Shown here: one piece after another, positions 28,051 through 43,795 of the stretch
Numbering within the stretch: position 1 is the first letter of the stretch
Layout: every line of letters begins with the position of its first letter
Program-made: the position numbers and the translations under genes
Notes under the pieces: generated by a model
Database searches by the model: none
Told to the model about the DNA's origin: nothing
The model's input: only the letters and a program-made list of their open reading frames with translations
Assembly (NCBI RefSeq): GCF_009914755.1
Contig: NC_060929.1
Direction: 5' to 3' (one strand)
DNA length: 64,000 nt
Origin: the human T2T-CHM13v2.0 reference genome, Homo sapiens

Positions 28051-28914
28051 TAGGTCTGGGGCCAGGGTGAGGTCTGTCTTCATTTCCAAAATTAAAAAAA
28101 AAAAAAAACACAACTTGACATTTTCTCACAGAACACAATTTTGGAAGTACAGTTGATCACATGGAGAGTAGAATGTCATGTTTATTATCATCTGTTTCCT
28201 CCATTGCAAGATTCCTACTTCTGTCCACAGTATCGTGCCCTCCATGTCTGTCCCTCGTAAGCAAGCTGGCATGTCAGATGCAGCCTGTCACCTCACCTCT
28301 TCTCCGACAGCTCTCTCAGCCCAAAGTCTTTCATCTAAGACTGCCGTGCATCTTCCCTCACAGTTTTGAAAGAGAGAGAAAAAATCCTGGTGGTGCATTT
28401 GCTGTTTTAGTGCAATTTGGAAGCCATCCTTTCTAGTGACTTCAGTGATCCATCTCCTAAAAAGGGGGATATAATATTCAAATTATGGCTAGTTTTGAAA
28501 TTTTAAATTCTTATGTAAAGATTCTCATCAATTCTTAGTTCCTCCAGTTCCACACTCAAGCTAACAGCAGGCTTGATCAGGGCACATTTGATGGAATCTC
28601 TTCACTTTAGAGAGAGGTGACTTTGGGACTTTTCATAACTTCATGATTGGTACCTACTCCACTCCCTGTATTGAAATGTAATAATGACATTTCTCTAAAT
28701 TGTGGCTCATTTATGTTGGCAGAGTGTATAGCAACAATCTGATGATTAGGTGGGCTTAGGGAGAGGACTAGGTCAGCTTTCTCTATAACACTCATTAGGA
28801 GTCCTAGTAACTAAAGAGAAACAAGTGAACAACTTATGAAATTCTAAGTATTTAACTACTTAATCACTTCTGCAACCACATTTAGTGTGAGCTAAAGATA
28901 TATCCACACCTCAT

Positions 28915-29328
28915 GTGTGTTTGTTCATTCATGCATGCATGCATTCATTTATTCAATAAGCAGTTAATGACAATTTGCTGTGTGTTAGGCATTTAGAATA
29001 CAATGATTCATAAGAAACTGCCCTTGTCCTAAGAAACTTAACATCTATCATGAAGACATACTAGCTGACCGTACCATGAAGTCAAAGACTTCAAACAGGT
29101 TCATCTTTGGGTTATCGTGGTCAGTCTTGTAGTTCACACTTACCATCTGTGTAATTTCAGGAAGGACATGGTACTCCTCTGTGCCACAAATTTCTTATTT
29201 GTAAAATCAGGAAAATAATATTATTCATCTCCTAGGGTGTTTGAGAGGATAAGTTAAGGAGATACCTGCATAACACTTAATATACTGCCTGGCACATAGC
29301 AAATAACAAGAACTCAATAAATGTTTGA
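28915..29328. mobile_element. L2 and MIR fragments
   Basis: (CATT)n L2 tail; MIR core ttcttatttgtaaaat...tagggtgtttgagaggat...tgcctggcacatag. Confidence 0.65.
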
Positions 29329-29340
29329 AATAAAAGGTAA

Positions 29341-29498
29341 GGCTAGGCACAGTTGCACATCTGTAATTCCTGCACTTTGAGAAGCCAAGGCAGGAAGATC
29401 GCCTGAGCCCAGAATGGTGAAGTTACAGTGAGCTATGATTGTGCCACTGTGCTCCAGCCTGGGCAACAGAACAAGACTCTAAAAAAAAAATAAGTAAA
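29341..29498 (+). mobile_element. Monomeric Alu-type element (FAM/FRAM-like or arm-recombined AluJ)
   Basis: About 140-bp monomer plus A tail; approximate TSD aaataaaa(g/aa)gtaa. Confidence 0.8.
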
Positions 29499-29937
29499 AA
29501 ATAAAAAAGTAATTATATGATTCTATGCCTACTGCCTTTTAGAATAACTTTAGCCAAGACAAATATCTGAGACCATTTAGTACAACCTTAAAATTTACAA
29601 CAGGGGTTCAGAGAATATGAATGCTTTGCTCAGAATTGGTTGATTCATTCACTTAACAAATCTTTAGTAATAAGCTACTCTGTTTCAGAAATGGCATCAG
29701 TGCTGAAGGAACTGAGGGAGGATTTATACAGCCCTGGCCTTCATGGGTTAAAAACTTGGTATAGGCGCATTTCCTAGAGCATTAAAGCTGTTCTACTGTC
29801 ACTGCAGCTACCACCATATATAGATGATCTTGATTACTGAAGATTTATGTAAAGCCTTAAATTACTAAATATTTCTATCCCAGGGATTTTCATAGACATT
29901 ATCACACCAAATATTCATATATACTCTGTGAGGTTTG

Positions 29938-30080
29938 TTGTATTAGTTATCTATTGCTGTTAACAAATATTTCAAAACTTAGTGGCTTAGAACCATTTGC
30001 ATTTATTATCTCAGAGTTTCTACAGATCAAGAATTTGGGAACAGCTTAATTGGCGGGCTCTGGTTCAGGGTCTTTTCCGT
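29938..30080 (-). mobile_element. MLT1 LTR 3' fragment
   Basis: tgtattagttatctattgctg...aaaacttagtggcttag...atttattatctca. Confidence 0.7.
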
Positions 30081-31790
30081 TTTTCACTTGTTTGTCAGTT
30101 GATTACAAGGTTAAAATTTCAACATCACTATGCTCCTGTTATTCTACTCAGTATTTGGATCAATAAGATTTTAATTGTTTCTTGGGGTTTGCTATAACTC
30201 AGTTTCCTGAGGAAGCGGTTTCCAGATTTTTCCAGTCCATGGTCTTGTCAGTTGATCATAACACTGGACTCAGTCGCCTCTAACATAATTGTTAAAACAT
30301 TATCTTCCAGCATTACTTGGAAGAATGTTACAGTTTCTGATGAGACTTCAGATTAAATCATCAATTTTTTTCTTTTTGTTTTACAAATCTGTTGATAATT
30401 ACTAAGTTAATTTCAGAAACAAATTTGTGATTATATTATTATAAGCGTTATTATTATAATGGCCTTTGGAGAATCTTTGTATAATTATGTGATAACCACT
30501 AACCCTTAAAATATGAATATTAAAATCATAGGGAGCAGGCTTATTAGAACAGTGAGGATTAAATGGCTCTACGAGAGAACCAAGTAACAGTGAAATAATA
30601 GCAGTAGGAATGGTACTATGGTGGACTTTGGATCTATCCTGATCATCTACTTCTAGGAATATGATTTTGAGCTGTAAGTGAGTGTGGGCAGGGCTATCTT
30701 CTGTATTAAACACTCTTTTAAAGTGCACCAAGCAAAAAAAGAACAGATTTTGCTTGATGTAGTAGGAATTACAGGCATTACAATAAGATGTTGTGAGATC
30801 TATATGCTTATGCATTTTGTCAAAATTTTCTTGTTTTTTTGGAATATTATTACATACCATGTGTCTGCTAACGTAGATCACTGGTGATAATCTTGAGGGA
30901 GGACAACACAAGTAGGCTTGGGGATTCTGAACTTTGAATTTTCTCTCAAGCATGGCCCAGGAAATGTCAACAGTTACTTGGCTTGAATGGATTCTGTGGA
31001 CAGTGTAGTACTGATGTTAGCAGTAACCAGTAATATTTATAAATTTAAGAATATATGTGAAACATATATATATTTATTTCACCATATTTTAATGTATATT
31101 TGTTTCCTTTTTAATAATTATCTTCCTATCCTGTTGTTTCTACCACCTCTCAATGCTTAAAAATTAAATTTTATTTTAGATTTACTAATTTCTATTTCAC
31201 CATGCTGTATTGCTTCTTGTCAACTCCTCAAAACTCTTGGATTCTAAATAACTTTTTTTGATGTGTACATAATTTTTGTTTTAACATGCATTTTAAAATT
31301 AGGATATATATATATTTTTAAAACAGCATGTATCATCAATGCCATGTTTTTTTCTGATAAACTCCCATAGTTAAAAAATTATATAAAATAACATTTTATT
31401 CTAGTGGGGCACATTTTTTAAAGACAAATATTTGAATTTTTATGAAGATATTTCAGCAGATGTTTCTAAACTACTCTAAAGTAGTCAAGTATTTTTGGTT
31501 AATAGGGTAACGTTATAGTACCTCAACTATGCTACCTTTATATGCATATTTTATTTTTTCTGTTTTATAAGCAGCCACTTTAGCAACTACTTTTAAAAAA
31601 GTAAACACTAATAATAGTTAAATTATTACATCTATGGCTCACTGAAAACAGAGTCTTAGTATTTTATTTAAAGTACTGAAAGTGTTTGGAAACCACTTTG
31701 CAGCAAATTCAGTCATTGATTTTATTCTTTGTTAATTTTAACCCTGCAGTGTATGGTAACTAAATGTATCATGTCTTTTGACCTCTAGAG

Positions 31791-32334
31791 CAGCAGTCCT
31801 CAACCTTTTTGGCACCAGGGACTAGTTTCATGGAAGACAATTTTTCCATGGACGGTAGGGTGGGGGTGGGGAGGGGGAATGGTTTTGAGATGATTCAAGT
31901 GCATTACATTTATTGTGCACTTTATTTATATTATTATTACATTGTATACAATGAAATAATTATACGACTCAGCATAATGTGGAATCAGTGAGAGCCCTGA
32001 GCTTGTTTTCCTGCAACTAGATGGTCCCCTCTGGGGGTGATGGGAGGCAGTGACAGATCATCAGGTGTTAGATTCTTATAAGGAGCATGCAACCTAGATC
32101 CCTTGCATGCACCGTTCATGATAGGATTTGCGCTCCTATGAGAATCTAACGCTGCCACTGATCTGACAGGAGGCAGAGCTCAGGTGGTAATGTGAATGAT
32201 AGAGGGTGGCTATAAATACAGATGAAGCTTCGCTCACTTGCCAGCCACTCAAGTCCTGCACTCCTGCTGTGCTGACTGGTTCCTAACAGACCACCGATTG
32301 CAGTTGGTCTGTGGCTGGGGGTTGGGGACCCTTC
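31791..32334 (-). mobile_element. MER1A hAT-Charlie DNA transposon (full length)
   Basis: TIR-like ends cagcagtcctcaacc / ggttggggacccttc; 8-bp TSD ctctagag / ctctaggg. Confidence 0.88.
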
Positions 32335-32898
32335 CTCTAGGGAAATTAGATCTAAAGTATAGAAAATAGTCACCCTTACAGATTCTTCCATTCATAGTGG
32401 GGTTGAAAATAGCAGCAGGATAGAAACCAGGATATTGATAAATGGGTGCTTGATTAATCAGTGAGCCTGAATCATTGCTGTCACAAGCCCTCTCCACACT
32501 TTTTAATTCAGTTGCACTGATTTTCATGGCTATCACTTAGTGAAACATCATTTAGCATGAATTAGGGATTCTATAGGCACTGAACTCAAATTCTGCCCAG
32601 CTGAATTTTATTGTAAATGTTACAAGAGCAGTTTTTTAAGATTTAAGTTTGCTTAAATCTTAAAAAGATTTAAGCGCAAAGTAAAAATGCTACACTCAAG
32701 AAAAACAAGACCAACAATATATTATTTGTAGTTTTGTCTGACACTATGTCCTATGTCTTGGCTTCTTCTTTTTGACCCTTGCCTGTCACAAATGTTTCAG
32801 ATAATAAAAGATGAAAGATGGTGTCTGTGCATGTGGAAGAATACAGCTAACCCTCACAGAGGAAGTAAGCCATGAATAACGATCAAAATTTTGAAAAA

Positions 32899-34727
<1,829 letters not shown>

Positions 34728-36699
34728 TGTTACATTTTCTATACCATAGAGAAAAGTAAATTAGAATAGAAAAAAAGAAGAATTAGGATGTCCAGTTATA
34801 ATCTGGACATTTCTTACTTTGGAAAGATCTTAACTGACATAAAAATAATGCAATAGAAAAATTCAAAATCTTAGACCAGAAAATCTCTCCAAGGTCCTAT
34901 GTTTCTTAACATCACCCTTGAATCATGTTGCTACTTTCGACCAAGAGTTTCGGAATAGGTCTTTTCAAATCAAATATTGTGAACTGGATCTTTAGAATAT
35001 TAATAAAATGGAGGGAATAATTAAAAAGTTTGCCTTATCACCTATTCCCTCCAAATTCCTCAACTTCAGTGATACAGCAAATGTGAGAGAACTTGGAAAA
35101 TAATGTGAGGCATTTCAAAGAGTGTGAACTTAAAGCAGAGACTCCTGTAGACATAATTTAAGGTCTTCTAATTTCTGGATCATTCTTCTGGTTAATTTGG
35201 AGAAAATTTTCTGACACTTTTCTCTTCTTTATAGACACATGTAAAATGACCAAGAAGTCATTCTCTTCTCTTCCAACAGAAGTTTCTCTATAGGAAAACT
35301 TTGATTTTTAAAAAGGGCATTGTAACAGATTCATATGATTCATTCTGCGTTTCAGCAGAAAGCATGGCTGCAATTGTTTGTGACCTTTTTTTTCTGGTAG
35401 AATATATTAGCAGTCTATACATAGATTTAGTGAACCAGTTGCTAAAACTATGCTTGAACTGCATGGCAATTTTTATTTATTTTTTTTAACTTAGAAATGA
35501 TGTCTGGTTTTATGTTTATTTCCCTCAGAATGCAAATGGGGACAGTGGGTAAACAGTAGAAATGAAAGTTTAATAAATAAGTAATTAAAATCTTTTTCTG
35601 GGTTTTGTAAAAAACTTGATATCATCAGCTTCCTGATCATGCTTGATTTCATTGTCACATTTTTGAAAAGTAAGACTTAGCTCCCTCTGAGGCTGCGGCT
35701 CACTGCTAGTTCATCATCTCTTGAGAATAATCTTTGACCTACACAACAGCTTTCCTTTTCTCTAAAAGAATTTCTCTGTAGAACTATAAAAGTCAGACTA
35801 TTATGCCGAAGACAATAGACTCATATTTCTCTTTTGCTAAGAAAGACAAAACATCTTTAGAGCCATTTGCCAAATGACCACTAATAGTTTATATCACAAA
35901 TCCAGGTGATTTACTGTGCCAGCCTAGTACTGACAGGCGCAGTGTACTGAATTAGGATGGGAGTGATTTACCTTGCCTGGTTTTATGTTTCCTAGAAGTT
36001 TCTACTGTGATGTGTAACTCATCCAGGCAAGAAAAATCCCCAATTGGGCTCTACTTTAGATTATGCTATTTAGTACCCAACCTGGGCACCTCAGTCTTTA
36101 ATAAATGGCATTCACTTATCTATTTGCAGCAGTACCTATGTAATTGCAACTTTATGCAATAGTTTGTAAATAATACACAATATTGCCTTCATATTAAACA
36201 TCCAATCCTCTTGCCCATGAGTTGTTTAAAAAAAAATCCAGGCCAGATAATGACCAAGGCAAATCCTATTCAACTTGACTTTCAACATCCAGATTCTACT
36301 GGAACTTTTCTTCATGCCTCTGGCCTTGCTTGTCAAATGCTAGTCTGGTACATATGGTGTTTCAGTTTCCTTTAGAAAGACAAAACCTGAAACAAAAAAA
36401 TAGAGTGCTAATATTTTATTTGGAAGGTGTAAGAGCAGGGAAGTGAGGATAAAGGAAATGGCGAGGAAGACATGGGAGGATATGAAGACATGTATAGGAA
36501 TGCCCAACTGCTCGGAGACACTGACCCTAAGGAAGGCAATGCGGCATTTCTTAACAAAGGACTGAATGATAACTCTTCACATTAAAGTAACATTTCTTCA
36601 CCACCTACATAAACCAAGCTCTGAGTTTAACACACAGACATACATTAGCTCATTAACAGCCCAGTGGGGAAGGTCAGTTTTTATTATTTTTATTTTAAA

Positions 36700-37715
36700 A
36701 AACGGCCATATCCCAAGAGAATAAATTGTATTTTCACATAAACTGCACACAGATGTTTCCAGGAGCTTAATTCATAATTGCCAAAACTTGGAAGCACCCA
36801 AGATGCCCTTCAGTAGGTTAATTGATTAATAAATTTGGATACATCCAGACAAAAGAATATTATTCAGTGCTAAAAAGAAATGGGCTATCAAGCCATGAAA
36901 AGACATAGAAGAAACTTAAATGCATATTACTAGTGAAAGCAGCAATCAGAAAAGGCTACATATATGATTCCAACTTGCTATGATCTGAAATTCATGTGTT
37001 GAAATTCTAACCCCCATATTAGGAGGTGAGGCCTTTGGGAAGTGATTAGATTATGAGGGTGGAGCTCCCATAAATGCAATCAGTGCCTTTATAAAAGAGG
37101 CCTGAGGGAGACCCCTCACCCTTTTGCTATATGAGGTTAGAATAAGACAGATATCTATGAAAACGTAGTTCCACACCAGACACCAAGTCTGCGGGTTTCT
37201 TCATCTTGGACTTCCCAGCCTCCAGAACTCTGATAAATAAATTTCTGTTGTTTATAAGCCAGCTAGTGTTTGAAATTTTGTTACAGAAGCCTGAAGATAC
37301 TACAGCACTTCTGGAAAAGGCAAAACTATGGAGACTGTAAAAAGATCAGTGGTGCCACGAGTTAGTGGGGAGGGAGGGAGGGATTGCTACGCAAAACACA
37401 CAGGATTTTTAGGGCAGTGAAACTATTCTGTACGATATCATAATGGCAGATACATGTCATTATAGTTTTATACAAACTCATAGAAGGTACAACACCAAGA
37501 ATGAACCCTAATGTAAACCATGGGTACTAGAAGATAATAATGTGTCAGTGTAGGTTCACCCATTGTAACAAATGTGTCACTGTGGTGGGGGATGTTGATA
37601 ATGGGAGAGGCCATGCATGTATGGAGACCAAGAGTCTGTGGGAAGTCTCTGTACCTTCCTCTGAACTTTATGTAAAAGTGAAGATGCTTTAAAAAATAAA
37701 GTCTGTAAGCAGTCT
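36700..37715 (+). mobile_element. L1MB/MC 3' end interrupted by an MLT1A-type LTR
   Basis: ORF2 C-terminus motifs and 3' UTR (aggcaaaactatggagac...gggcagtgaaactattctgta...). Confidence 0.8.
36976..37303 (+). mobile_element. MLT1A/MLT1A0 (MaLR) LTR
   Basis: aaattcatgtgttgaaattcta...cttggacttcccagcctccagaac...aaataaatttctgttgtttataagcc. Confidence 0.8.
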
Positions 37716-38406
37716 AAAAATTATTAATTGGAATCTGAATGGAAATGTTTATCTTTAACATGCATTTTAATCATTATACTGCTTTTGTGTTGAATCTCTG
37801 TGCAATTCACAATAGTCATTACATATATCATATAATATATCTGATATATCTTTATATATTTATGTATAGTCTCTTTTTGTCTTTGGTAGTCTGGAAAGTG
37901 TTTCACAGTTCCACAACAATGTGTATGCAATATAATTTCCATAACATTTATTGTGCAGTTAATCTCCCTCCTGCCTATGATTTTTTGCCTGTTAGTTTCC
38001 TTCTGTTTTGGAGATTTGTAGGTTTCCTTTGTGAGAAATTATGCAGGTATTTTGAGACATTAAGTTCAGGAGAATTCCCTTCAATTCAAGCAATATGTTT
38101 TAAAAAATCACTCCCATGTTCGTGATAATTTAATGAGTAATTCAAATCCATGGCGGCATCCTTCCAACTGTGGAAGACAACCAAGATTAACTGATGGTGT
38201 GGAGAGGGTGAATTCACAACTGCAGGAGAAAAGTTATTAAATAGATGCAAACTCAGCCTTTGTATGTCAAGAGAGTCTCATATAAGAGGTAAAAATATTC
38301 GGTCCAATGGGCTATACATGTTAGGCATCAGCAGTCCCTAAGCTTATGTTTTTTCTTGTTCATTCCAATAGCATCTTCCTGTCACTAAGATCTAGTGACC
38401 CAGTGA

Positions 38407-38888
<482 letters not shown>

Positions 38889-39529
38889 CAGTCAAATGGT
38901 TTCTACTCACTACAGTTGGATTTCAATCTAGTCTGTTCTCAGAAATGAATTGGGGAGTTTACTTGACTTTACTCATTTGGGTGGCAACCTTTCTCCGTGT
39001 TTTTTCCATTTTTTTTCCCTATTTCCTAGCCTTTTTCTTACTCTTTTATCATTTCAGGAGAGATGTTATCATGAGGAAATATTACTAAGGGAAGTTCTAT
39101 TAGTACCTTTCTTTTTATCCAGTTCAGTTGTGAATTAAGACACCAGCAATCATATGTACACAGCTGACTCAACTTTGACAATATTACAAATTAAATGTTG
39201 GACTTTTCTTTGTACCATGCACAAGCAATAATCCTTCCATATTCACCTGTATAAGCTAAAGCTCCCTCCCTAGCCTTTTGTGCCCACATAGCATTTGTGG
39301 CCCACTGACCTCTTCCATGTTTCATTTATTTGCCTGACTGTAAGAGTCATAGAGCAGACATTGCTGTGTATTTTGTTCACTGCTGCACTTCTTGGGCATA
39401 GAACAGAGACTAGTATAAAGTAAATGCTTCATACATTTTTACTGATGGAAAAGAAAGGAAAGGAGGGAGGGAAGAAAATGGGAATGAAGACAGGAAAATT
39501 TAAAAACTGTTCAATGTAATTTCACACAT

Positions 39530-39532
<3 letters not shown>

Positions 39533-39562
<30 letters not shown>
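39533..39562 (+). repeat. (CA)n microsatellite
   Basis: Perfect AC run. Confidence 0.95.
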
Positions 39563-39567
<5 letters not shown>

Positions 39568-39692
39568 CACCTAAACTTAAGTAAAATATACATATTTGTT
39601 ATAAAAAGTTTTGGATTCTGTGCTTGTGATGATTTTCTAAGTCAATGATGTAGGAGGGATTAATTAGTGCAGGAAAAACCTGTTTTAAAATT

Positions 39693-39794
39693 TGTATTGT
39701 ACTGTACTGTACTGTACTATACTGTATTGTATTGTATTGTATTGTATTGTATTGTATTGTATTGTATTGTATTGTATTGTATTGTTTTGTATTG
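39693..39794 (+). repeat. (ATTGT)n/(ACTGT)n pentanucleotide repeat
   Basis: About 20 units at the tail of a minus-strand L1M. Confidence 0.95.
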
Positions 39795-40208
39795 CAGTAA
39801 GAACCTTGACATGAGATTTATCCTCTTAACAAATTTTTCAGGGCACAGTATTGTTAACTATAGGAATGATGATGTACAGCAGACCTCTAGGACATAGTCA
39901 CCTTGCTTAGCTGAAACTTCATCCTTATTGATAAGCAACTCCCCATTTTCCCCTCCTGCCAGCCCCTGGCACCCACCATTCTACTCTGCTTCTATGTGCT
40001 TGGCTATATTAGATGTGTTATATCAGTGGGCTCTTGCAGTATTCGTCCCCCTGTGGTTGGATTATTTCACTGAGCATAATGTTCTCAGAGTTCACCTATG
40101 CTGTAGCATGTGTCAGCATTTCCTTCTTTTTTTTAAGGCTGAGTAATATTCCATTGCATACACATACCACATTTTCTTTATCCATTCATCCGTCAGTGAA
40201 CATTTAGG
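39795..40208 (-). mobile_element. L1MA-type 3' end
   Basis: cctcttaacaaattttt...gtacagcagacctctag...ccagcccctggcacccaccattctactct. Confidence 0.8.
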
Positions 40209-40491
40209 CCCAAGAAGCCCAAAGGACCCAGAAGAGGAAGGGCCTGTCTTTCATATGGGCTCTCCTTTTCCTGTGCCCTGGCAGTGGAGGTGAATCCTGC
40301 CTCAGCCACTTGCAGATACCTGGGATCCAGACTCAGAAGCCCCCTCCCTTTCTAGCCTGGGGACAGTGGGCTTGGGATCCAAGGCTAAGTGATATTTACA
40401 TTTAATGTAAATTTTACCAGATCTCAGTTTTAACCTATGAAGTGAGAGTTGGAAAAGATTCCTGTTTTCTTCTCGCGTGTCTAACTGTATT

Positions 40492-41035
40492 TCCTTTTTT
40501 TTCTTTTTTAAAATTTGCATAAATTTAATTGGTACAAGTGCAGTTCTGTTACATGGATACATTGCATGGTGTCAAAGTCTGGGCTTTTACTGTAGCCACA
40601 CGAATAGTGTTCACTGTACCCATTGAGTGATTTCTCAGCCCTCATCTTCCCTCTATCCTCCCATGCTTCGTTCATAATCTATGTCCATGCCGTCACCCGA
40701 ATAGTGTTCACTGTACCCATTGAGTGATTTCTCAGCCCTCATCCTCCCTTGATCCTCCTGTGCTTCATCCATAATCTATGTCTGTGCGGTCACTCGAATA
40801 GTGTTCACTGTACCCATTGAGTGATTTCTCAGCCCTCATCTTCCCTCGACCCTCCTGTGCTTCATCCATAATCTATGTCCATGCCATCACCCGAATAGTG
40901 TTTACTGTACCCATTGAGTGATTTCTCAGCCCTCATCCTCCCTCGACCCTCCCATGCTTCATTCAGAATCTAGGACCATGCATGCACATTGTGTAGCTTC
41001 CACCTGTAAGTGCAAACATGCAGTATCTGACATTT
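40492..41035 (-). mobile_element. L1MA/PB 3' end containing a tandem repeat
   Basis: gtacaagtgcagttctgttacatggata...agcttccacctgtaagtg. Confidence 0.75.
40598..40965 (+). repeat. 97-bp minisatellite, about 3.8 copies
   Basis: cgaatagtgttcactgtacccattgagtgatttctcagccctcatc starts at 40601, 40698, 40795, 40892. Confidence 0.95.
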
Positions 41036-41194
41036 CCTTTTTAATTCAAACACATTCAACAATTAAGCCAAGGCTTTATAAAAGATTTTTGTATCTTATA
41101 GAAGCAACATAGTCTTAACTGAAAGAAGTAAGCAACAATACATTATATCTTAAAGCAGTGACATTTCTGAATCAGTTTTGAAGTGCTTGAGTTA

Positions 41195-41306
41195 AATATA
41201 TATAAAAACGTATATGAGTATATGTGTGTGTATCTATATGTGTGTGTGTATCTATATATGTGTGTGTGCATGTATGTGTGTGTGTCTATATAGATATATA
41301 GACATA
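41195..41306 (+). repeat. (TA/TG)n low-complexity tract
   Basis: Degenerate TATG/TGTG run. Confidence 0.85.
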
Positions 41307-42029
41307 AAGAGAGAAATGGACTTTCTCCAATGCCTCTCCTGCCCCAACCCCTGGCCTCCCTGCCTCCCCTCTGAAGGGAGCTGCTGGCATGGGGCATTAT
41401 TTTCTGCGGCCCTCTACTCAGCTTATCCTGCTAGTGTCTCACCTAAAATGTTCAGGAAGCTATGGGGCTCATAACGGAGGGAGCTGTGTTAGTCTGGAGG
41501 GTCAGGGGGATGCCCTTTGGAGTGACTTTTATTTGAAGGAGGAAGGATGCAGGAGGCAGTAGGGGGAGGGAGGTTCTGAGGGTGGAAACCATGGGATGCA
41601 GGTGCATGGAACTATTGAGAGCCGGCTCTTCAGCGAGCAAAGGAGAATAGCAGGACAGGGAAGGGAAGGAGCTGAGCAAGATGAAGCAACAGGGGGTGTT
41701 CAGCCACAACTGGCCCTGGTTTGAAGGTGGGAGTTTCTGAATGACACCACAGAGTGGTCCTCTTTGAGGCAGATTCTGGTCCTTTGCCTGCTGTCTCTAG
41801 GGGATTTCTGAGGGGCTTCTATCAACTGAGGACATTCTCCAAAGCCTCCCAGAAAAGGTCAGCGATGAGCAGGGACTTCTCTTAGTTTGAAGGCCTTTGA
41901 CTTAAAAGTACATAGACCCTCTTTCTGTATTTTGAGTATCAGTTAAATAACTAATAACTTATTTCCCCGTAAGTGCCAATATTTTTTTCCAAGGTTATCT
42001 TTTAAACCTGGAATGTCATCTTTGTCATC

Positions 42030-42525
42030 CAATTTTTTTTTCAATTTTCATATCTTAGACAGCCTTTTCTTTTGTGCTTGCTGGGCTTTGTGACTTACTT
42101 AGAAATGCTTTTCCTCACCAAAACATTGTAAACATACTTTCTCATTTCTGTTCGAATTAAGACACATATTTTATCCTAAGCCCTTTATTTGTATTTGGAG
42201 TTTATTTTTGTGTCTGTTGGGAAGCTGGGCACTAGCTTAATTTTCTCCTGAATGGATAGATGATCAGATGATGCCATTCACTGAATGGTCCGTTTGTTAT
42301 CTACTGGTTTGAGATGCCCTGTCCATCATGTACTAAACTTGTCCACTGTATCGGGGTCTGTATGGGGCTCTGCTATCTTTCACTGATGTCTCTGTCCAAT
42401 CCTGTAGCAAGAGGCAACATTTTTATCACTATAGTTTTATATGTTGTTTTGTTATTTAGGAATGTAAATCTCTCTTGTCTTTCTTTCTAAACATTTATTT
42501 GCTCTTTGCATGCATTTTTTTCTGT
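42030..42525 (-). mobile_element. Old L1M ORF2 fragment
   Basis: T-rich; ggagtttatttttgtgt, tttttatcactatagttttat motifs. Confidence 0.55.
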
Positions 42526-43115
42526 GAGGCAGTAATATAATTATTGGTTTCCCACTCAGTACCCATTGCCCTCTTCACTCCCCCAAATATATGCCAATTT
42601 TCATTCAGTGGCCTCCCCTCTGCCAGGCAACCCGTGTTGCTCAGGACAGGTTGATACAGCCTCGCTCCAGGAGGTGATTGTTCAGAGCACCCACGTGATA
42701 TTGATTGTACCCCAGGAATGGGTGATTGGTGGGTGCATCACCCTGGGCAGGCCAAGGATGAATGCAAGAAGGTTTCCTGGGAGGAGCTCCAAGGGGAGAT
42801 TCCCTGACTTTAGGAGGGAATCTCTAGAGGACCCATAAGAGGTGTTCTTTCTTTCTCAGGAATGTATTCACAATATGCCATGAAGCTAGGACAGCAACAT
42901 CAGTTTTGCACTCCGAGAAACCAGCCCGAAGGTGAAGACAGTATTTAGAGGAAAATATAGCCTAGCAACTTGAAGTAAAACGAATCCTGCCCTGATGAAA
43001 TAAATCAATCTAGTGCAGTTCCGTCACTGAACTTTCAGATAAACGATTCAGAAGATAACCTTTTCCCCTAAACTACTTTGGATTGTCTATTACTTGAAGC
43101 CAAAGCCTCTTGAAA
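42526..43115 (+). mobile_element. ERVL LTR (LTR16-like)
   Basis: Decayed gattgg...gggtgcatcaccc and ttacttgaagccaaagc 3' motif. Confidence 0.4.
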
Positions 43116-43127
43116 TAGGTGGATATA

Positions 43128-43795
43128 CTTTTTAAAAACTTCTATTTTAGGTTCAGGGGTACATGTGCAGGTTTGTTATACAGGTAAATTGAGTGTCACA
43201 GGTGTTGGACGTACAGATTATTTCATCACCCCGGTAATAAGCATAGTGTCCAATAGGTAGTTTTTCAGTCTTCACCCTCTTCCTACCCTCCACCCTTAAG
43301 TAGGCCCCAGTGTGTGTTGTTCCCTTCTTTGCATCCATGTGTACTCAGTGTTTAACGTCCACTTATAAGTAAGAACATGTGGTATTTGGTTTTCTGTTCC
43401 TACATTAGTTCATTTAGGATAATGGCCTCCAAATTCATCCATGTTGCTGCAGAGAACATGATCTCATTCTTCCTTTGTGGCTGCATAGTATCCCATGGCG
43501 TATATGTACCATATTTTCTTTATCCCGTCTACCATTGATGGGCATTTAGGTTGGGTCCATGTCTTTTCTATTGGGAATAGTGCTGTAATGAACATATGAT
43601 GCATGTGTCTTTATAGTGGAATGATTTATAGTCTTTTGGGAGTTCACCCAATAATGGGATTGCTGGGTCAAATGACACTTCTGTTTTAAGTTCTTTGAGA
43701 AATCAGAAAACAGTTTTTCACAATGGCCGAGCTAATTTACATTCCCACCTGCAGTGTATATGTATTCCCTTTCTCTGCAACCTCACCAGCATATA
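43128..43795 (-). mobile_element. L1PA15/16- or L1PB-type 3' end
   Basis: aacttctattttaggttcaggggtacatgtgcaggtttgttata... through ORF2 C-terminus. Confidence 0.85.

Noticed and set aside
30402-30953. 183-aa minus-strand ORF
   Set aside because: No recognisable domain, AT-rich, starts at a non-ATG codon and lacks convincing splice signals; treated as chance.
34784-34815. Small hairpin atgtccag-N7-ctggacat
   Set aside because: A stem of 8-9 bp is expected by chance in 64 kb.
40598-40965. Regularly spaced repeats resembling a CRISPR array
   Set aside because: The apparent spacers are also repeated, the context is eukaryotic and there are no cas genes; it is a minisatellite.
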